Shown: positions 60,031 to 64,000 of the stretch, one piece after another | Position numbering within the stretch: position 1 is the stretch's first letter | How the letters are laid out: each line of letters starts with the position of its first letter | Assembly: GCA_963826715.1 (NCBI GenBank) | Contig: CAWGYA010000008.1 | Span: forward strand, 992,001 to 1,056,000 | DNA from: Candidatus Bathyarchaeota archaeon | GTDB taxonomy: Archaea; Thermoproteota; Bathyarchaeia; Bathyarchaeales; Bathycorpusculaceae | Direction: 5' to 3' | DNA: 64,000 bases | The notes under the pieces: model-generated | What the model was told of the DNA's origin: nothing | Seen by the model: the letters and a program-made list of their open reading frames with translations, nothing else | Databases searched by the model: none | Program-made: the position numbers and the translations under genes

Positions 60031-61605
60031 TCACCTATCTGTGCATGAGAAGCAAGGGTCTAAGCTGACAAAGTTGCTGGGAACATCAGCTATGCTTTCG
60101 CCTATTGCAGTCTTTAGGAATGATGGTATGTTAGCGAATGTTGGTGTCCGGATTTTTACGCGGTCCGGCATGTCTGTGCCGTTACTCTTTACGTAGTAAA
60201 AGAGTTCACCTCTGGGAGCTTCCAAACTGCAAACTGCTTCGCCAACTGGAACAGAACGCGAAGCGTCCACCCTGATTGGACCAGCCGGTAAATGATCGAG
60301 CGCAAATTCAATTATTTTTATGCTTTCTTCAACTTCATCCAAACGAACGTTCATTCTTGACCAAACATCACCATCGCTATAAACTATTTCTTTGAACGGA
60401 ATCTCTCTATATGCTTCGTAGGGTAGGTCTTTTCGGACGTCCATATCCACCCCTGAGCCTCTAGCAACCGGTCCCACAACGGAGAGTTTCAATGCATCTT
60501 CTCGGCTTAATATGCCAATGTCTTTCATGCGGAGGCGTAATGTGGGTTCATCAAGGTAGATTTTTCGGTAAAAAGGAAGTTTTTCCATAAGATCTGCAAG
60601 GGCTGACTTGATTTTTGGGAATTGCTCGGCGTTAATGTCTCTTCGGACGCCACCGATGGTAATTAGTGAACCGTAGACGCGGTTGCCGCTTGTTAATTCG
60701 ATTAAATCCATAATTGGTTCACGATCTCTCCAGAAGTATTGGAATACCGTTTCATAACCGATTTCTAAGGCTGCATGACCTAAGGTTAAGAGGTGACTAT
60801 GTAACCTATTTAATTCCATGGCGATTACCCTTAGGTATTTGGCGCGTTCTGGAATCGCGGTTTTTAAAATTTTTTCCACTGCGCCGACGAATCCATATGC
60901 ATGAGCTGGGTTGCAGATTCCACAAACCCTTTCCACCAAATAAATGTCCTGCAAATAGGTTCTTGACTCAGTAGTTTTTTCTATGCCCCGGTGAACGTAT
61001 CCGATGCGTGGTTCGACTTGGGTAACAGTTTCTCCGTCAACGGTAACTGAGAATTTTTCAGGCTCCAAAAGCGCAGGGTGTTGTGGACCTATGATTATTT
61101 TTACTTGTCTGCCTTCCGCCGCTTTGTTAGCTTCCCTTTCTGGAGTTGGAACCAGTTTTATCTCTGAAGCTTTGACGTCTTTACGCAGGGGATAGACGCC
61201 ATCTGGCCAATTTTCTGAAAGTACAAAGTGCCCGTTGAATTCGTTTCCTATGAACACAACACCCATAAGATCAGTTACTTCGAGTTCATGGAAGTTTGCG
61301 CCCGGATGAATATCAACAACGGTTTTTATTTTAGGGTTTGCCTTCGGAACTTCAGCTTTAATTGTGAAAAAGGATTTCGATGTATGAACATGGTAATATA
61401 CACCCAAGTTTAAGCCTAAATCCAAACCTGAAATGGCGGTTATGCCAGTTTTTTCATCGGCCTCTATTATGGCTTTTAGGACATCGTGGTGTAAGCCGTT
61501 GTTTGCCAAAAACGAGGCTTCGCCATTTACATTTTTTTGAATTGGGACTTTATTACCGAACTTTGATTCAATTAAATTTATGATATTTACATAACCGTTT
61601 GACAC
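60031..61605 (-). CDS. Group-4 [NiFe]-hydrogenase large subunit with fused N-terminal NuoC-like domain
   Basis: E.EV.DL.GV.F.G and W....YPLRKD (NuoC); GPQHP, GYVHRGIEK, ERVCGIC, EAPRGE and DPCFSCTDR. Probable GTG start at 61605; ORF open to 61749. Confidence 0.88.
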   Translation of the reverse strand: MSNGYVNIINLIESKFGNKVPIQKNVNGEASFLANNGLHHDVLKAIIEADEKTGITAISGLDLGLNLGVYYHVHTSKSFFTIKAEVPKANPKIKTVVDIHPGANFHELEVTDLMGVVFIGNEFNGHFVLSENWPDGVYPLRKDVKASEIKLVPTPEREANKAAEGRQVKIIIGPQHPALLEPEKFSVTVDGETVTQVEPRIGYVHRGIEKTTESRTYLQDIYLVERVCGICNPAHAYGFVGAVEKILKTAIPERAKYLRVIAMELNRLHSHLLTLGHAALEIGYETVFQYFWRDREPIMDLIELTSGNRVYGSLITIGGVRRDINAEQFPKIKSALADLMEKLPFYRKIYLDEPTLRLRMKDIGILSREDALKLSVVGPVARGSGVDMDVRKDLPYEAYREIPFKEIVYSDGDVWSRMNVRLDEVEESIKIIEFALDHLPAGPIRVDASRSVPVGEAVCSLEAPRGELFYYVKSNGTDMPDRVKIRTPTFANIPSFLKTAIGESIADVPSNFVSLDPCFSCTDR

Positions 61606-61914
61606 TTGGTTTGCCCCTTCAAGTAGGATATACTCTTGTTGCTCAGACTTAGAACCTCCAACACCGAAAATAACATTATTTTTTGATTGAATCCTATTTT
61701 CGGTTAAATTATTACTCTTGAAGAAATTCATTTCATTTCTTTTAACCAAGAGTGTAATTCCAAAGAGTCCGATTGTAAGATATAAGTTGTTTTGTTTTTG
61801 GTTACTCTGCTTTCTGGAAGCTCAAAGAGCAGCTTTAACTAAAAGATCTTTTGCAAAACTTGTTCTCAGTCTTCATTAAAAAAAGGAATTGGTGAAAGTG
61901 TCGAGATCGGATTG

Positions 61915-62334
61915 CTAAATGAACATGGAAACGTCTGCGCCAGAAGCAATGTCAAGGAAGGTTGCAGCACCGACCATGTTATCTACTTCTGGAATAAGGT
62001 CTTCTCTTTTGATTCCAAACATTTCCATAGTTGGAGTACATGCGTATATTGTACATAGACCAGATTTTTTAAGGCGCTTAAGCATATCGTAAGGCGTGGG
62101 GTATTTCATGCGTTCTAAATTCTTTCGCATTGTCTCTTCCAGATGTTTGTAGTCTCCGGGTAAAACTGCTTTTTCCATGGCTCCTTTTGCTAGACTTTGT
62201 AGCCCCCAAAATGTGAAGTAAAGGTGAGCTTCCCAACCCATAGCTACAGATGTGGAGGCTAAAATAAATGCACAATATAGTTTATCGATCGTTCCACTTT
62301 GAACAACTAGAGCTAATTTCTTTGTTTGACTCAT
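61915..62334 (-). CDS. DsrE/DsrF-like (DsrE2-type) sulfur-carrier protein
   Basis: AFILAS...AMG.E..LYFTFWGL, IYAC..TM..FG and VGAATFL; ATG at 62334. Confidence 0.9.
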   Translation of the reverse strand: MSQTKKLALVVQSGTIDKLYCAFILASTSVAMGWEAHLYFTFWGLQSLAKGAMEKAVLPGDYKHLEETMRKNLERMKYPTPYDMLKRLKKSGLCTIYACTPTMEMFGIKREDLIPEVDNMVGAATFLDIASGADVSMFI

Positions 62335-62483
62335 TTTTTTATCTCCTTTTTTTCTTGAGGTGCACAATTTTGACAGCAAAAACTTACTGTTTTCCCATTT
62401 ATTTCGGTTGAGTAAGTTGCAAGTTCACAAGCTTCTCCTGGGCTTTCTGTATCGCAGCAATTACACTTGTTCTCTTTTTTCAT
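62331..62483 (-). CDS. Unannotated 50-aa TRASH/YHS-like metal-binding protein
   Basis: MKKENKCNCCDTESPGEACELATYSTEINGKTVSFCCQNCAPQEKKEIKK; start overlaps the iscU stop and stop overlaps the dsrE-like start. Confidence 0.8.
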   Translation of the reverse strand: MKKENKCNCCDTESPGEACELATYSTEINGKTVSFCCQNCAPQEKKEIKK

Positions 62484-62869
62484 TATTCCACCTCTTTTTT
62501 ACCTGTTTTCTTTTTTTCATAGTCCTCTATAGCCGCATGAAGTGCATCAGCCGCTAAGTTTGAGCAATGCATCTTTACTGGTGGAAGACCCCCGAGAGAG
62601 TCGGCAACACTTGCGCGCGTTATTTTCATTGCCTCATCCAAGGTTTTTCCCTTTGCAAGTTCAGTTGTCATACTGCTTGTAGCAATAGCGGCTCCGCAAC
62701 CGTATGTTTTGAATTTAACGTCTTCTATGCGATTCTCTTTAACTTTAATGTACATTGTCATCATGTCTCCGCAGGTTGGGTTTCCTACTGAACCCACACC
62801 ATCGGCATCGGGAATTTCTCCCATGTTTTGAGGTTTTTTAAAATGTTCCATTACTTTTTCAGAATACAT
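62483..62869 (-). CDS. iscU: Fe-S scaffold IscU/NifU-N
   Basis: YSEKV.EHF..P.N.G, GNPTCGD, KF.TYGCG.AIA and LP..K.HCS.LA. Confidence 0.96.
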   Translation of the reverse strand: MYSEKVMEHFKKPQNMGEIPDADGVGSVGNPTCGDMMTMYIKVKENRIEDVKFKTYGCGAAIATSSMTTELAKGKTLDEAMKITRASVADSLGGLPPVKMHCSNLAADALHAAIEDYEKKKTGKKEVE

Positions 62870-62871
62870 AA

Positions 62872-63999
62872 CTATTTCAACTCCTTAGGCGTAAGAGGAG
62901 ACATATCTCTTAGTCTCTTTACAATACCTGGCATGATACTTTTTAATTTATCCACGTCTTCTTGTGTATTTTCTCTTCCCAAAGTTAACATCAGAGAACC
63001 ATGTGCATCTTCTGGTTCTAAACCCAATGCGCGCAAAACATGAGAGGGCTGCAAAGTTTTAGCGGCGCATGCCGAGCCCGATGAAGCTAAAATACCCTCA
63101 AGATCTAAACTTAAGAGTATTGATTCACCTTCTATGAAGCTGTACCTTACCGAAACGTTATCGGGTAATCTTTTGGATGGATGGCCGTTTAAGAATGTGT
63201 TTGGAACAGGTTCGATAAGACCTTTAATTAAATCATCTCGAAGCGAAATCAATCTCTTGCCTTCGGTGAACATTTCGGTTTTTGCAATATCTGCAGCTTT
63301 AGCAAAACCCACTAAACCAGGTATATTTTCCGTTCCCGATCTCAATCCGCGTTCTTGTCCACCACCTTGAATTATTGGCTCGATAGTTGTGCCTGGTTTA
63401 ATATATAGTGCTCCAACTCCTTTTGGTCCATACATGTCGTTACTTGAAAGTGTTAAGAGATCTATGTTTTCATTTTGTACATCAATTGGGACTTGACCTG
63501 AAGCTGCTGTGGCGTCAACATGTAGGAAAGCCTTTTTTTCATGCACTATTTTACTAATCTCTTTGATTGGCTCAATAGTACCTATCTCAGGGTTTGCGTA
63601 GACAATTGAAACAAGTATCGTTTGATCGTTCAATTCAGCTTCAATTTTTTCTAAATCTAAAACCCCAAAGCTGTCAACAGGCAAGAAAACTACCTCGAAT
63701 CCGTTTCGTATCAAAACTTTACACGGGTTAACAATTGACATATGCTCGATGCTAGAGGTTAAGATTTTATTGCCCCGGGTTTTGTTTCTACCGGCTATAC
63801 CTCTGATAGCCAAGTTGTTGCTTTCTGTGGCTCCTGAAGTGAAAATTATAGCTTCATTTTTTTCAGAGTTGATTAATTTAGCGATACTTTCTCTACTTTG
63901 TTCTAAAGTTTGTTTTGCATGCTGTCCTAAGGAATGTACTGATGAAGGATTCCCAAAATACATTTTAAAAAATGGTAACATAGCATCAGTTACGCGTGA
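62872..63999 (-). CDS. iscS: Cysteine desulfurase IscS/NifS (5' end outside window)
   Basis: FGNPSS.H, FTSGATESNN, HVDA, GGGQERGLRSGTEN and SSGSAC; frame stays open to the window end. Confidence 0.93.
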   Translation of the reverse strand, partial: SRVTDAMLPFFKMYFGNPSSVHSLGQHAKQTLEQSRESIAKLINSEKNEAIIFTSGATESNNLAIRGIAGRNKTRGNKILTSSIEHMSIVNPCKVLIRNGFEVVFLPVDSFGVLDLEKIEAELNDQTILVSIVYANPEIGTIEPIKEISKIVHEKKAFLHVDATAASGQVPIDVQNENIDLLTLSSNDMYGPKGVGALYIKPGTTIEPIIQGGGQERGLRSGTENIPGLVGFAKAADIAKTEMFTEGKRLISLRDDLIKGLIEPVPNTFLNGHPSKRLPDNVSVRYSFIEGESILLSLDLEGILASSGSACAAKTLQPSHVLRALGLEPEDAHGSLMLTLGRENTQEDVDKLKSIMPGIVKRLRDMSPLTPKELK

Positions 64000-64000
64000 T

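Noticed and set aside
342-63370. Numerous 60-180 aa antisense or overlapping ORFs in the track (e.g. 2366-2695, 9038-9550, 19238-19780, 54770-55300)
   Set aside because: Shadows of well-supported genes; no motifs.

Overview
Chromosomal window of a TACK-type archaeon, most consistent with Bathyarchaeia. This is inferred from the archaeal rps13-rps4-rps11-rpoD-rpl18e-rpl13-rps9-rpoN operon, two thermosome genes, the archaeal mevalonate genes AcnX-S/L and UbiD, an eL22-like protein and a GHVDTGKT-type aIF5B. Most genes are housekeeping: translation and transcription, split glutamate synthase, ABCE1, Dph6, Lon, apgM, eno-rps2-Memo, feoB/DtxR, NucS and iscS-iscU, plus three tRNAs (Glu, intron-containing Ser, Pro). 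No CRISPR, transposase or integrase was found. The most notable items, mostly missed by the ORF track, are: (1) the aIF5B gene has no ATG/GTG/TTG before its GTP-binding motif and appears to start at AUA behind a good SD, a possible initiation-factor autoregulation device; (2) a 22-aa Glu/Trp micropeptide with a perfect SD; (3) Dph6 translationally coupled to a class-I glutaminase; (4) a tandemly duplicated box C/D sRNA whose first guide fits the 23S peptidyl-transferase centre; (5) two promoter/terminator-flanked structured RNA candidates; (6) two Cys-rich microproteins, two single-base frameshifted genes and an orphan group-4 [NiFe]-hydrogenase large subunit. All family calls come from motif recognition by eye, not database searches.
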